Assembly: GCF_009914755.1 (NCBI RefSeq)
Contig: NC_060943.1
Reading direction: 5' to 3' (one strand)
Length of the DNA stretch: 64,000 nt
Origin: the human T2T-CHM13v2.0 reference genome, Homo sapiens
The notes beneath the pieces were generated by a model. That model did not search any database. It saw nothing but the letters and a program-made list of their open reading frames with translations, and was not told the origin of the DNA. Made by a program: the position numbers and the translations under genes. Shown here piece after piece: positions 22,032 through 42,224 of this stretch; the stretch's first letter is position 1; every line of letters begins with the position of its first letter.

Positions 22032-22120
22032 CTGGGGAGAAGCTGACCACTGAGATCTGTTCATTGCCGTCTGTGTGGATAGCCACCAGGTCATGGGTCT
22101 CCGTGTCCAGCAGCAGCCAT
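22032..22120 (-). CDS. EML2: EML2 exon (WLLLDTETHDL...SFSP)
   Basis: ttcaag| ... CCAG|gtaagc. Confidence 0.95.
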
Positions 22121-22326
22121 CTTGAAGGAGAGGGCGTGGTGGGGGGAGGAGGGGTGAGCTGATCTGACAGAGAGAGGCCGCAATCTGTGGGGTCTAAGGG
22201 AGGGATCAGAGGGACCCCAGAAGTGACCTGGGCTGGGCACGGTGGCTCAGGCCTATAATCCCAGCACGCTGGGAGGCCGAGGCGGGTGGATCACTTGAGG
22301 TCAAGAGTTCGAAATCAGCCTGGTCA

Positions 22327-22992
<666 letters not shown>

Positions 22993-23330
22993 TCAGAGCT
23001 GGGGTCCCATGTCCATCTGGACATTCTCTTGCCTCAGGGCCAAGTCTAATCTTTGCATGAGGGCTCTCCCCTCCCTCTGCTGCCCTTTGGGACACCCCCA
23101 CCCCAGACACCATGGCAGCCATTCCTCTTTACATTTCTGTAGCATGTTAACCTGAACAGAAACCATTCCTCCTGTCACTCCTGTCCCGGGATCCCTCCTT
23201 ACTCCTCTTCTAAATTCCCACAGCTTTATTCATCCAAGACGACTTCTTTAGATAATTTCCTAGATGTGGGAATGCTGGGACAAAGGGCATCTAGAATTTT
23301 AAGACTTTATTTTTGTTTTTTATTTTTTAA

Positions 23331-23462
<132 letters not shown>

Positions 23463-23996
23463 TGACATTACAGGCGCCCACCACCACGCCCGGCTAATTT
23501 TTGTTTTTTTTTTTTCATTTTTTGTAAAGATGGGGTTTTGCCATGTTGCCCAGGCTGGTCTCAAACTCCTGGATTCACACAATCTACCTGCCTCAGCCTC
23601 CCAAGTGCTGGGATTACAGGTGTCAGCCACCACACCCAGCTGAAATTTTTATTCTGTTTACATTTTAATTAATTGTGAATAGCCATGTGTGGCCAGTGGT
23701 TACCCTATGGGACAGTGTAGCTCTACACTTGACTGTTGCAGCGGTCACACCTTCCTTGAACTCAGCGGCTCCTGACTCCCCCCTCCTCATGGCGGCACCC
23801 CTGACAGGATGGTTCGGTGTCGTCCTGGGCTCCCTTCCAGTCAAGAACCTACTCCTCCAACCCTTCTGAGAGAGCTTCTAAGCACCCAGTTCCCTAGATG
23901 AAACCCCCACCCTGCTTAAAAAGACCTTGTTTGGGCCAGGCTTGGTGGCTGGCATCTGTAATCCCAGCACTTTGAGAGGCCGAGGCGGGCGGATCA

Positions 23997-24290
<294 letters not shown>

Positions 24291-24326
24291 TTAGAATGGT
24301 GCTTTTCCAGTCCCCGGGCCCCTTAC

Positions 24327-24458
24327 CTCGATGATCCTGCTCCACAGGGGCTGGTGGGAATCTGAGCTCCATAGATGCACCAGCTTATCCTGCCCGCAGG
24401 TCACAAACTGGGCCCGACTGGGGTGTGTGGCCAGGCCCCACAGCTCTTCCACATGGCC
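24327..24458 (-). CDS. EML2: EML2 exon (GHVEELWGLATHP...SRIIE)
   Basis: ccaccag| ... GAG|gtaagg. Confidence 0.95.
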
Positions 24459-25369
24459 CTGGTGGAAAGGGAGGACAGCAGGATGGAGACAGCAGCCCTG
24501 GCCTTTTCCCACTCAACACTAATGCCAGACAAATGCTAGATGAGCCCCAGCAACTCACCCTGCCCCAGCGGGACCCAGGGAAGACCTTTCCCAGTATGTC
24601 TGAAGGGGGCCTCAATTGGGCATCTGAACCCATGCCCTGGTGTGTGACTCAAGGCAAATCCTGCCCCTTCTCCAGGGACCTCTGCTTTCTTCTTTGCACA
24701 ATGGGAGGCAGGAGGGCATGGTGGCTCAGAGCTTGATCTCAGGGGTCAGACAGGCTGCACCCTGGCCACACACCTCCCAGGTCTCCAGCTCCAAGGATCT
24801 GGGAAGGCGCTTCTGGAGTCTGCCTGCATCCAGACAGAGCCCAGAAGTCTGAGGGACCTCATGGAGGGCACTAAACCTGATGGCTCTGACCTTCGGCTTT
24901 CTATTACTGACCGAGCGCAGTCATCTAGGCAGGTGACATCTCCTTGGGACCTCAGTTTGATCGCCTGTAAAATGGGGCCAATTGGTATGTATGCCTCATA
25001 GCATTCCTGTGCTCACTCAAATCATGGATGGAAAATGCTGGCCAGGTGCGGTGGCTCACGCCGGTAATCCCGACACTTTGGGAGGCTGAGGCAGGAAGAT
25101 TGAGCTCAGGAGTCCGAGACCAGCCTGGGCAACATGGCAAAACCCCATCTCTACAAAAAATACAAAAATTTGCCAGTTGTGGTGGTGCACACTTGTAGCC
25201 CCAGCTACTTGGGAGGCTGAGGCAGGAGGATCCCTTGAGCCCAGGAGACGGAGGTTGCAGTGAGCTGAAATGGCATCACTGCATTCCAGGCTGGGTGATA
25301 TAATAAATAAATAAAATGCTAAACATGAGGATAATTCAGAGAATGTGGTCACAAAATGGAAATGTCTAA

Positions 25370-25560
<191 letters not shown>

Positions 25561-26473
25561 TAGTACAGATGGTGTTTCACCATGTTGCCCAGGCTGGTCT
25601 TGACTCCTGATGTCAAGTGATCTGCCTGCCTCGGCCTCCCAAAGTAATATTAATATTATGATTAATAATTATAATAGCCAATATAATAGTATGGGCTGGG
25701 TGCAGTGGTTCATGCCTGTAATCCCCGCATTTTGGGAGGCTGAGGTGGGTGGATCACTTGAGGTCAGGAGTTTGAGACCAGCCTGACCAAAATGGTGAAA
25801 ACCCATTTCTACTAAAAATACAAAAATTAGCTGGGTGTAGTGGTACATGCCTATAATTCCAGCTACTCGGGAGGCTGAGGCAGGAGAATCACTTGAAGCG
25901 GGAGGCAGAGTTTGCAATGAGCCGAGATTGAGCCACTGCGCTGCAGCCTGGGCAACAGAGCGAGACTCTGTCTCAAAAATGAAAAAAAAAAAAAAAAAGT
26001 ATAAATATAGTGCTTCCCGGTAGGTGAGTTCTTTAATTGGGTCAGGGGTAAGGAAGGGAGGGAGGAGGCCAGGAAGGGAGGAGCAGGCGTTTGAGCTTCG
26101 AGAAGAAATGCAAGCAGACTCCAGCAGGACCTTCCCCAATCCGTGGAGCTGGAGTCTGAGAGGTGTGTGGCCAGGGTGTCTGCAGCTGTGGGACAACCTG
26201 TAGGGACACTCACCAACCTGAAGGGTGCCACCCCCAATCAGAGTGGCAGGAGGCAGCACAGTTGGAGCAGGGGCCTGGGGCCCCTCTGCTGTGCTTGGAG
26301 TTAAACTCTTGGTTGCTGGATCCTGGGAAGGGGTCCTGGGTCAGGGCCAGGTCAGAGAAGGGACAGAGCAGGGAGGTGAGGAGAACTGGGAGTGGGGAGG
26401 GGGAGTGGATGATGCAGGGAAGGCCAGGGAAAGAGCTGGGAAGAGGGGAGGGGTGCAGAGGAGAGAGGCGCAC

Positions 26474-26599
26474 CTGGACCAGCAGTGAGAAGCCTGTGTG
26501 CACGGAGCCCTGCAGGATGGAATTGCGGGTGGTCCCCACGTACAGTGTGTCTCCGTGGCCCTCTGCCACGGTGCGCACAGGGCCAAAGTCCTCAGGGAC
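26474..26599 (-). CDS. EML2: EML2 exon (VPEDFGPVRT...SLLVQ)
   Basis: cccag| ... CAG|gtgcgc. Confidence 0.95.
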
Positions 26600-26749
26600 C
26601 TGGGTGGACAGATAAGAGGGAAGATGAGTAGGATGCACACGGGTGGGTGTGGGGTGACATACTGTGGGGAGGAGGGTCTGGCGTTGGGAGCCCTGGTGAG
26701 ATCGGGGGGGGCCTCTCTACCCCCATCTGAGCCCACTGCCCCTCCTCAC

Positions 26750-26904
26750 CTCCACTTCCTGCAGCTTGCTGTAGTCAGAACCCCAGAGGACCACCCGCCG
26801 ATCACGGCCCCCTCCAGACACCAGCGTCCCGTCCCGCAGGGCGCAGAGCCCAAACACGCCGCCGTCGTGGGCGCCCAGCACCGCCTGTGTGATACGGTTC
26901 CCAC
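26750..26904 (-). CDS. EML2: EML2 exon (GNRITQAVLGAHDGGVF...LQEVE)
   Basis: ctgcag| ... GAG|gtgagg. Confidence 0.95.
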
Positions 26905-27033
26905 CTGCAGGGTGGCCAGGGGCAGGGTCAACAGGGAGAAGCCACCCCTATGCTGACCCCTGAAAGCATCTTGAACTCTCAAGCCTATGTCCATCCATTC
27001 TCACCCACTTTTCCACCTTTTTTTTTTTTTTGA

Positions 27034-28109
<1,076 letters not shown>

Positions 28110-28815
28110 TGAGACCATCCTGGCTAACATGGTGAAACCCCATCTCTACTAAAAAAATACAAAAAATTAGCCGGGAGTGGTGATGGGCACCTGTAGTCCC
28201 AGCTACTTGGGAGGCTGAGGCAAGAGAATGGTGAACCTGGGAGGTGGAACTTGCAGTGAGCTGAGATTGCGCCACTGCACCCCAGCATGGGCGACAGAGC
28301 GAGACTCCGTCTCAAAAAAAAAAAAAAGAGAGAGAGCGCAGGCTGGCCGAGTGCGGTGGCTGATGCCGATAATCGCAGCACTTTGGGAGGCCGAGGTGGG
28401 CGGATCACGAGGTCAGGAGATGGAGACCATCCTGGCTAACACGGTGAAACCCCGTCTCTACTAAAAATACAAAAAATTAGCCGGGTGTGGTGGCGGGCAC
28501 CTGTAGTCCCAGCTACTTGGGAGGCTGAGGCAGGAGAATGGCGTGAACCCAGGAGGCAGAGCTTGCAGTGAGCCGAGATCACTTGAGCTCAAGTGTTCGA
28601 GGGCAGCCTGGGCAACATAGCGAGACCTCATCTCTACAACAAATACAAAAATTACCTGGGCCTGGTGGTGGGCACCTGTAGTCCCAGGTACTTGGGAGGC
28701 AGGAGGATCACTTGATACTGGGAGGCAGAGGTTGCAGTGAGCTGTGATGGCAACCACTGCACTCCAGCCTGGGCGCTAGAGTGAGACCCTGTCTTAAAAA
28801 AAAATTCTTTATTAA

Positions 28816-29267
<452 letters not shown>

Positions 29268-29985
29268 TAATAAAGTCATCCATTGGTTGGAGCAAGTATT
29301 TCTTCACCCAACCATTGGCTAAGACAAGTCATTTATTCATCCAATCACTGATTAACTTCTTGGAACAATCTGTTCTTCATAACACATTAATCTGTTGGCT
29401 GAAACAACCATTCATTCATTCACTCACTCATTCACTCATTCATTCATTGCTGTATAGATCCACTGCCTGAGACAAAACCTATTCACTAACATAGTTAGCC
29501 ATTAGTGGTAACAACCACTCATTTGTTCCTTTACCCAGTCACTCTCCCTTTAAGGAGGATGACACATTCATTTACTTATTCTTCCATCCATTTCCTAGGA
29601 TCACACCTTCATTCATTCCTTCATTCACTTATTCATTGATCCACACGCTGGGACAAAGCACTTGTCCATGTATCCATTCATCTACCCATCCGTCCTTCCT
29701 TCCATCCACCCATCCATCCATTCATCATCTAAACACAACTGAGCTAACCCATTCATTGATAATCTGGACTTGATCCCTAACAAGGGATTTCCAGAGGGCA
29801 AGGCAGGGGGGAGTCAATAAAGATTTCCTGGAGATAGGGATACTTGAGCTGAACCTTGACGAGGGTGTTGGAATCGGACATCCATTTACACTCATTTCAC
29901 ACAAGCAGAATTCCACGAAGGGAGGCAGAGCCAGGAGTGTTTCAGAAGACTGGATTGGGAACCAAACAGATGGGGTGACACTGAC

Positions 29986-30085
29986 CTTTGCCCCAAACAT
30001 AGAGGTTCCCCCCAGAGTCCCCCGTGACCACGTCGCCACCTTCCAAAAAGGTCACACACAGCACATACTTCGGTTTCTCATGTTT
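29986..30085 (-). CDS. EML2: EML2 exon (KHEKPKYVLC...LYVWGK)
   Basis: ccttag| ... AAAG|gtcagt. Confidence 0.95.
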
Positions 30086-30378
30086 CTAAGGTGGGGGAGG
30101 AAAGGAAGGTGTCAGAGCGTCACTGAAGCAGGTAGCCTCCCAGAGGTCATCTGTCACCCAGGACCGTGGCCAGGCAATCCCCTCTATCTATGCGTTTAGG
30201 GTAAGGCTCTGCGTGGAGCATCCCTTCTCCCACCTGCCTCCATCCGGCCTGCAGTGCTTCGGTGGCCTAGAGGTTCTGACCACAATTGTCTTGCTTTCCT
30301 ACCCCTGGGCCCACTTCCTGCCCTCTCTCTGGTCCCCCTGACTCTTTCTTTTGAGATACAGTCTCACCTGTCATCTAG

Positions 30379-30789
<411 letters not shown>

Positions 30790-31971
30790 TGAGCCACCGC
30801 ACCCAGCCTGGTCCCCCTGACTTCTCCCCTCCTGTCGGCGCCTCATTCATCCTGTCTCTCCTCCTCCCTCCTCACCTCCAGTCTGTCTCTCTAGGTCCCA
30901 TTCCCTGCCTCACTCCACCTTCTCAGTGTCTCTGTTTCATCTCCGTGCCCAGTGTTCTCTGGGCTTCCCTTTTGGGGTGGAAGCCCCATCTCTCACCAAA
31001 GGCAATGAGCCCTATGGGAGGAAGCCCTGTGTCTTCCCACCCTCTGCTTCCCACTCAACTTGTGGCTCTCTCAGCCAGGCAGCCTCTGAGTTCTCTGATT
31101 ATCCATCATATCGACAACCGCAGCACCCCTGTTTTTGTTTTTGTTTTTGTTTTTGTTTTTTTTGAGACAGGATCTCACTCTGTCACCCAGGCTGGAGTGC
31201 AGTGGTACCATCATGGCTCATTGCAGTCAACCTCCTGGGCTCAAGCGGTCCTCCCACGTCAGCCTCCCAGGTAGCTGGGATTACAGGTGCGCACCACCAT
31301 GCCTGGCTAATTTTTGTATTTTTTGTAGATATGAGGTCTCTCCATGTTTCCCAGGCTGGTCTCGAACTTCTGGGCTCAAGGGATCCTCCCACCTCAGCCT
31401 CCCAGGTAACTGGGATTACAGGTGCACACCACCATGCCCAGCTAATTTTTGTATTTTTTGTAGATATGAGGTCTCACCATGTTCCCCAGGCTGGTCTCGA
31501 ACTCCTGGGCTCAAGGGATCCTCCCCCCTCAGCCTCCCAAAATGCTGGGATTACAGGCGAGAGCCACCTTGCCACAGTACCCATTTATTGACCATTTACT
31601 ATCTGCTAGGAACTGCTGTACTCTTCATCCCTTTGAATCCTCACAACTTTTTTTTTTTTTTTTTTTTTTTTTTTCTGAGATAGGGTCTCGTTCTATCACC
31701 CAGGCTGGAGTGATCATTTGATCACGGCTCACTGCAGCCATGAGCTCAGGTGATCCTTCCACCTCATGGTGCCCGGTCACCCTCTTAACTCCAGAGTTAA
31801 GGTGGATCATCACCATGGTATGGAGAAAGAAACTGAGGCCCCAGCAGGCAACATCTCAGCGTCCCTGTAATCCCAAACCCCTGCCACCCTCTGGGGGATC
31901 TTGCTACCTCCCTGCCTGTCCCTAACTACCTCTCTCAGGGCCAGCCTGTCCCCCAAACCCCTGGCACTCAC

Positions 31972-32106
31972 CTCAAAGAGGCCTTGCCGCTTGCTCAAGC
32001 TGCCCCCCTCCAAGGTCCAGAAGTAGATGTGAGATTTCCCGCAGGTGATAAGCACAGTGGGGTCCGTGGGGTGGAAGGTGGCCACCAATACAGCCTCATT
32101 GGAGCA
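31972..32106 (-). CDS. EML2: EML2 exon (CSNEAVLVATFHP...QGLFE)
   Basis: cccaaag| ... GAG|gtgagt. Confidence 0.93.
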
Positions 32107-32188
32107 CTTTGGGGGGTGGGGGAGATTCTGAATGAGGACCTCAAAGTCCCCAAGGCTACTATACCCGCCCCTCACAGGACTGCCCTAA

Positions 32189-32482
<294 letters not shown>

Positions 32483-33492
32483 TAAAGTGCTGGGATTACA
32501 GGCGTGAGCCACTGCGCCCGGCCTTTTTTTTTTTTTTTTTGAATATGAGTCTCGCTCTGTTGCCCAGGCTGGAGTGCGGTAGCACAATCTTGGCTCCTAC
32601 AACCTCTGCCTCCCAGGTTCAAGAGATTCTTCTGCCTCAGCCTCCCAAATAGCTAGATTTACAGGGACGTGCCACCACACCTGGCTAATTTTTGTATTTT
32701 TAGTAGAGATAGGGTTTCACCATGTTGGCCAGGCTGGTCTCAAACTCCTGACCTCAAGTGATCTTCCCACCTCAGCCTCCTAAAGTGCTGGGATTACAGG
32801 CGTGAGCCACCACGCCTGGCCAGTACCTTTCCTATACGGTAAATTAAAGTACAGGAAGCAGGACAAGCCAGCGAAGCATTATCATCTTCTTCATCATTAA
32901 CAAAACAGCAGACACTTGGAGCTCCTCTCCTCTGCCCTAAGCACTGTGCTCAACATTTTACAATCATTAGCTCCTTTAATCCTCCATCTCCCTGTGAGGT
33001 CAAGACCATTATGCCCACCTCATTGCAAATTAAAAAGTGAGGCTCAGGCTGGGCGTGGTGGTTCACGCCTGTAATCCCAGCCCTTTGGGAGGCCAAGGCG
33101 GGTGGATCACCTGAGGTCGGGAGTTCGAGGCCAGCCTAACCAACATGGAGAAACTCCGTCTCTACTAAAAATACAAAATTAGCTGGTCGTGGTGGTGCAT
33201 GCCTGTAATCCCAGCTACTCGGGAGGCTGAGGCAGGAGAGTTGCTTGCTTGAACCCGGGAGGCGGAGGTTGCAGTGAGCCGAGATCGTGCCAGTGCACTC
33301 CAGCCTGGGCAACAAGAGGAAAACTCCGTCTCACAAAAAAAGTGAGGCTCAGAGAGGGCCGGGTGTAGTGGCTCACACCTGTAATCCCAGCACTTTGGGA
33401 GGCCGAGGCAGGCGGATCACGAGGTCAGGAGTTCGAGACTGGCCTGGTCAACGTGGCGAAACCCCATCTCTACTAAAGATACAAAAAAATTA

Positions 33493-33723
<231 letters not shown>

Positions 33724-33983
33724 TCACCTAGCCCTAATTCCAGAGCACAGCCTCCGCACCATTTCTGTTTCCCCAAACAGTGGGCCTTGATTCAAAACCC
33801 AGGTTTCCACCAGGCGCAGTGGCTCACGCTTGTGATCCCAGCACTTTGGGAGGCAGAGGCAGATGGATCACCTGAGGTCAGGAGTTCGAGACCAGCCTGG
33901 CCAACATGGTGAAACCCCGTCTCTACTAAAAATACAAAAATTAGCCGGGCATGGTGGCACACACCTGTAGTCTCAGCTACTCA

Positions 33984-34088
<105 letters not shown>

Positions 34089-34091
34089 TCA

Positions 34092-34126
<35 letters not shown>

Positions 34127-34229
34127 TAAATAAATAAATAGAACAAAACCCAGGTTTCCTTCCCCTAGCCCAGGACAGGTGTGCAACCTGAGGCAAGTAT
34201 CTCTTCCCCTCACCATGCCTCATCCTTAA

Positions 34230-34769
<540 letters not shown>

Positions 34770-35217
34770 TAGTAGAGACAGGGTTTCTCCATGTTGGTCA
34801 GGCTGGTCTCGAACTCCTGACCTCAGGTGATCTGCCTGCCTCGGCCTCCCAAAGTGCTGGGATTACAGGCGTGAGCCACCGTGCCCGGCCTTTTTTTTTT
34901 TTTTTTAAGTAGAGATAGGTCTCCTTATGTTGCCCAAGCTGATCTCAAACTTCTGAGCTCAAGCAATCCTCTCATGTCGGCCTCCCAAGGTGCTAGGGTT
35001 ACAGGTGTGAGCCACCTTGCCCAGCCTATTATCCCCATATTACAGATGAGACCACCAAGGCTCTGAGGTGGCAAGCGGCTTGCTCAAGTCACACAGCCAG
35101 CAAGGAGTAAAGCCAGGGCTTAAACACGGGTCTATCTGATTGCAGACTCCTAACCACTGAGATTGGGAAAGTCCCACAGTGGCACCCAGCAGGAGGGGAT
35201 GAGAAAAGTCACCTCAC

Positions 35218-35313
35218 CTTGACATCCACCACCTTGGTCTCCTTGGCCCAGTCCCACACCGAGAGCATGTGATCATTGGATTCATCCACTGCACACAGCA
35301 GGTTGCCTCCATT
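35218..35313 (-). CDS. EML2: EML2 exon (NGGNLLCAVDESNDHMLSVWDW...DVK)
   Basis: ctttag| ... AAG|gtgagg. Confidence 0.95.
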
Positions 35314-36071
35314 CTAAAGAGGAGGAGAGAGGAGGGGGACAGAGGCAAGGGGAGTCAGGGCCCATCCTCCCCCCATGCCCACCAAGGCATTCACCACACA
35401 GGCCTGTTTTAAAACCTTCAGGCTGGGCACAGTAGGTGGGAGGATCGCTTGAGTCCAGGAGTTTGAGGCCAGCATAGGCAATATAGGGAGACCCTGTCTC
35501 TTAAACAAAACAAATTTAAATATTAAAAAAAAATAAAAAGCCAGGCGTGGTGGCTCACACCTGTAATCCCAGCACTTTGGGAGGCCGAGGCAGGTGGATC
35601 ACGAGGTCAGGAGTTCGAGGCCAGCCTTGCCAACATAGTGAAACCCTGTCTCTACTAAAAATACAAAAAATTAGCCAGGCGTGGTGGCAGGTGCCTGTAA
35701 TCCCAGCTACTCGGGAGGCTGAGGCAGGAGAATCGCTTGAACTGGGAGGCAGAGGATGCAGTGAGCCAAGATTGCGCCATTGCACTCCAGCCTGGGTGAC
35801 AGTGAGAGACTCTGTCTCAAAAAAAAAAAAAAAAAGACCTTCAAAGGCCCTGGCCATTTTGCAGGAAACACATTAAAATACACCCTCCATTAGAAGCTGT
35901 GAAGACATCTGAAATGGTTTCATACTATGCCTTGAAATGACTCATCCCTAATAAACTCATTTCATTTGCCCTCAGCTATTGTTTCTCTGCAGCCAGCACC
36001 CCTAGCCAGGAATTCTTGCTGACATCATCTCATTTGCATTTACATATATAGAGAATGACTGATGTAGGTGA

Positions 36072-36332
<261 letters not shown>

Positions 36333-36816
36333 TGAACTCCTAACCTCTGGTGATACACCAGCTTCCACCTTCCAAAGTGCTGGGATTACAGTCATGAGCC
36401 ACCTCGCCTGGCCAATGTTGGGCTTTTATACCTTTCATTAAATACAGGTTAATTTTGATTTGGCAAGGTTTTATTTTCTTCTCCACACCTTTGGTAACAA
36501 TATGGCTTACCCCTACCCCAAGCTCTTAAATGTTTCTTTAGGCCTCAGAAAACCGGTGAGGGTCCAATCCAGTGCCTCTTAAGCTATCTGTGCAGGAGAC
36601 TGGCTGTTTTTTACTCCCTAATCCATTGAAGACTAATATTTTAATCAAATATGATAAAAATGTAAAATATGATTTTTATCTATCTATCTATCTATATATT
36701 TTTGAGACAGAGTCTCACTCGGTCCCCTAGTGTGGAGTGCAGTGGTGGGATCTGAGCTCACTGCTACCTCCGCCTCCCAGGTTCAAGTGACTCTCCTGCC
36801 TCTGCTTCCTGAGTAG

Positions 36817-36966
<150 letters not shown>

Positions 36967-37132
36967 TGACCAATTTTTATTTATTTTTTAAAGTCAGCGT
37001 CCTGCCATATCGCCCAAGTTGGAGTGTAGTGGCATGATCACAGTTCACTGCAGCCTCGATCTCCTAGGCTCATTCAATCCTCCCACCTCAACCTCCCAAG
37101 TATCTGGGAGTACAGGCCCAGGCCCACACTAG

Positions 37133-37653
<521 letters not shown>

Positions 37654-37656
37654 TAG

Positions 37657-37749
<93 letters not shown>

Positions 37750-38127
37750 TAGGATTTTTTTTTAAAAAAAAGCCCACAATCACACACTTGGATGTTGTGG
37801 TGTTGTCAAACTGCTCTCCAAATTCCTAAAGGCATACTCTCGCTTTCTGTACTTATCTCTGCCTGGACATGCCAAAACCCGCCTGCAAATGGGCAAGGAC
37901 CAGCTGGGCCCTAGGCACTGGGTTTAAAATGCCTGAGAGGGCTGGGCGGGCACGGTGACTCACCCGCCCCTTGGGGTGAGGACACGCCCTCATTGTGACG
38001 TCACAGAGGCGGGCCACGCCTCCAGCAGGATTCCCGGCCCTCAACCCAAGGGGCGGGTGAAAAGGTGCGGGCACTTGCCCTCCTTTTCGGGGCGAAGGGG
38101 CGGGGTTAGGGTGGGCGAAGGACTTAC

Positions 38128-38238
38128 AGATTTGGAGAAGCCCACACAGCACACGGCTCTGTCAAACACCCCCAAGCCCAGCACGTGTAAGGTGGAGAGG
38201 GAAACTGAGTCCCAGATGCGCACGTGGGGCGGCAGCGG
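38128..38238 (-). CDS. EML2: EML2 exon (PLPPHVRIWDS...GFSKS)
   Basis: cctgcag| ... TCT|gtaagt. Confidence 0.95.
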
Positions 38239-38336
38239 CTGCAGGGAAGAGAGGCTTGTTACCTTGGGGGTGCCAGCTGCTTGTCCCCCACAACTGCGTC
38301 CTGCACTCTTTTCTGCTTTCCCCTCCCTTCCATTAC

Positions 38337-38406
38337 CTTCCCTTCCTTAGTGGTTCCCGCCACCTGTCCCGTGGCGATGGTGACCATATCTGGGTGGATG
38401 GCCAAG
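38337..38406 (-). CDS. EML2: EML2 exon (LAIHPDMVTIATGQVAGTTKEGK)
   Basis: ttccgcag| ... AAG|gtaatg. Confidence 0.95.
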
Positions 38407-39587
38407 CTGCGGAAAGAAGGGACAGAGAGACCAGGGCTCAGTGGGAGAGAAGAGGCTCACAGAGACCCAGGACATTCATTCCACAAATTGGCTGGTTGAG
38501 TTTAGTCAATAAACGTGTATTTAGTGCATTAATAGCAGTGAGCGGATGCCCTCCGGGTGCGCTGGCGCTGGATCAGAAGCAAGACTTAGGCCTGGGGCCT
38601 CTAACTCAAATGCCAGCAGGACGCAGGTCTGTACCTCACATAGTGGCCAGGAGAGCACACTTATTTAAGGGGGCTGACACCACCCTGCTCCAGCCACCAG
38701 GAATTGTCTGGAGTGCCTATTCAGTTTTTTTTTTTTTTAAGAGGCGGAGTCTCCCAGCACTTTGGGAGGCCGAGGCGGGCGGATCACCAGAGGTCAGGAG
38801 TTTGACACCTGCCTGGCCAACATGGGGAAACCCTGTCTCTAGTAAAAGTACAAAAATTAGCTGGGCGTGGTGGCGGGCACCTGCAGTTCCAGCTACTCGG
38901 GAGACTGAGGCAGGAGAATCGCTTGAACCCAGGAGCGGAGGTTGCAGTGAGTCGAGATCGTGCCACTGGACTCCAGCCTAGGCGACAGAGTGAGACTAGT
39001 TCTCAAAAAAAGAAAAAAGAAAAAAAAAGGAGATGGAGTCTCGCTCTGTCCCCCAGGCTAGAGTGCAGTGGCAGGATCATAGCTGACTGCAGCCTCCAAC
39101 TCCTGGACTTCAGCGATCCTTCCGCCTTGGCCTCCCAAAGTGCTGCTTTCACAGGCGTGAGCCACCTCGCTGCCCAGATTTTCAAAAGAAGAAAAAGATC
39201 CAGGCATTGCGTGAATTCACTGTCTGAATTTTTTTTGAGACAGAGCTTGCTCTTTCACCCAGGCTGGAGTGTGGTGGCTCAGTCACTGCAGCCTCGACCT
39301 CCTGGGTTCAAGTGATCCTCTCGCCTCAACCTCCTGAGTAGCTGGGACCATAAGGGCTTACCACCACACCCAACTAAAACACCTGAAATATTGAAATATT
39401 GATACTCAATCCACATTTTCCCACTAAATTCAGCCTGAGGGCAGCTGGTGGCTTTGGAGAGGGAGCAAAGGCTTAGCCTTGCCCCAAACCCCACAGGGTA
39501 GCAATGTGAAAAGAGGCATAGAGGGGCAGGGGCTGGAGCTCCATCTCCAGCCACAGCTCCCTCCCGTCCCCTCTGTCCCACATCTCA

Positions 39588-40008
<421 letters not shown>

Positions 40009-40067
40009 TAGTAGAGACGGGGTATCACCATGTTAGCCAGGATGGTCTCGATCTCCTGACCTTGTGA

Positions 40068-40241
<174 letters not shown>

Positions 40242-40355
40242 TGAGTATCTGGGATTACAGACACACGCCACCACACCCAGCTAATTTTTGTATTTTTAAT
40301 AGAGATGGGATTTCACCATGTTGGCCAGGATGGTCTCAATCTCCTGACCTCATGA

Positions 40356-40835
<480 letters not shown>

Positions 40836-40838
40836 TGA

Positions 40839-41171
<333 letters not shown>

Positions 41172-41172
41172 T

Positions 41173-41315
41173 AATCCCCACAACTTGCAAATGTGACCTT
41201 ACAAGGAAAATGGGTCTTTGCAGATATAATTATAGATCTCAAGATGAGATCATCCTGGATTATCAGAGTAGCCCCTAAATCCGATCACAAGTGTCCTTAT
41301 AAATGACAGAAGAGG
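41173..41315 (+). mobile_element. MLT1 (MaLR) LTR fragment
   Basis: aatgtgacctta...gtctttgcagatataatt...gatgagatcatcctggatt...gtgtccttata resembles the MLT1 5' region. Confidence 0.65.
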
Positions 41316-41915
41316 CAGCCTCAATCTCCTGGGCTTAAGTGATCCTCCTGCCTCCGCTTCCCAAATAGCTGAGACTACAGGCATGCACCACCATGCCCAG
41401 CAAATTTTTTGTATATTTTTGGTAAAGATGCAGTCTCGCCATGCTGCCCAGGCTGGTCTCAAATTCCTGGGCTAAAGCAGTCCACTTGTCTTGGCCTCCT
41501 AAAGTGCTGGGATTACAGGCATGAGCCAATGCACCCAGCCTGCCTGGCTAATTAAAAAGAAATTTTCTGTAGAGATGGGATCTCGCTTTGTTGCCCAAGC
41601 TGATAGTTATCTGGTTTATTTGTTAACTGCTCATATTCCCCAATAAGACTGTGAGTTCCATGGTGGCTGAGATTGGGCTGTTTTTTTTGTTTGTTTGTTT
41701 TGTTTTTTTCATTTCTGTATCTCCTCCTCCAGGAAGCCCTCCATGACTCCAGGCTGGGTCAGCCCTGTCCCTGTGGATTCCCCATCCCAGTCTTGCACAC
41801 TCTGGGTTGTCACTCTCAATGAGTCTGTTCCCATGCTAGACTGTATGCCCCAGGAGGGCAGGCAGATGCTGTCATGGTCAGCACTGGGTCCCCAGCCCTA
41901 TGTCTCAGATGTTCA

Positions 41916-42224
<309 letters not shown>

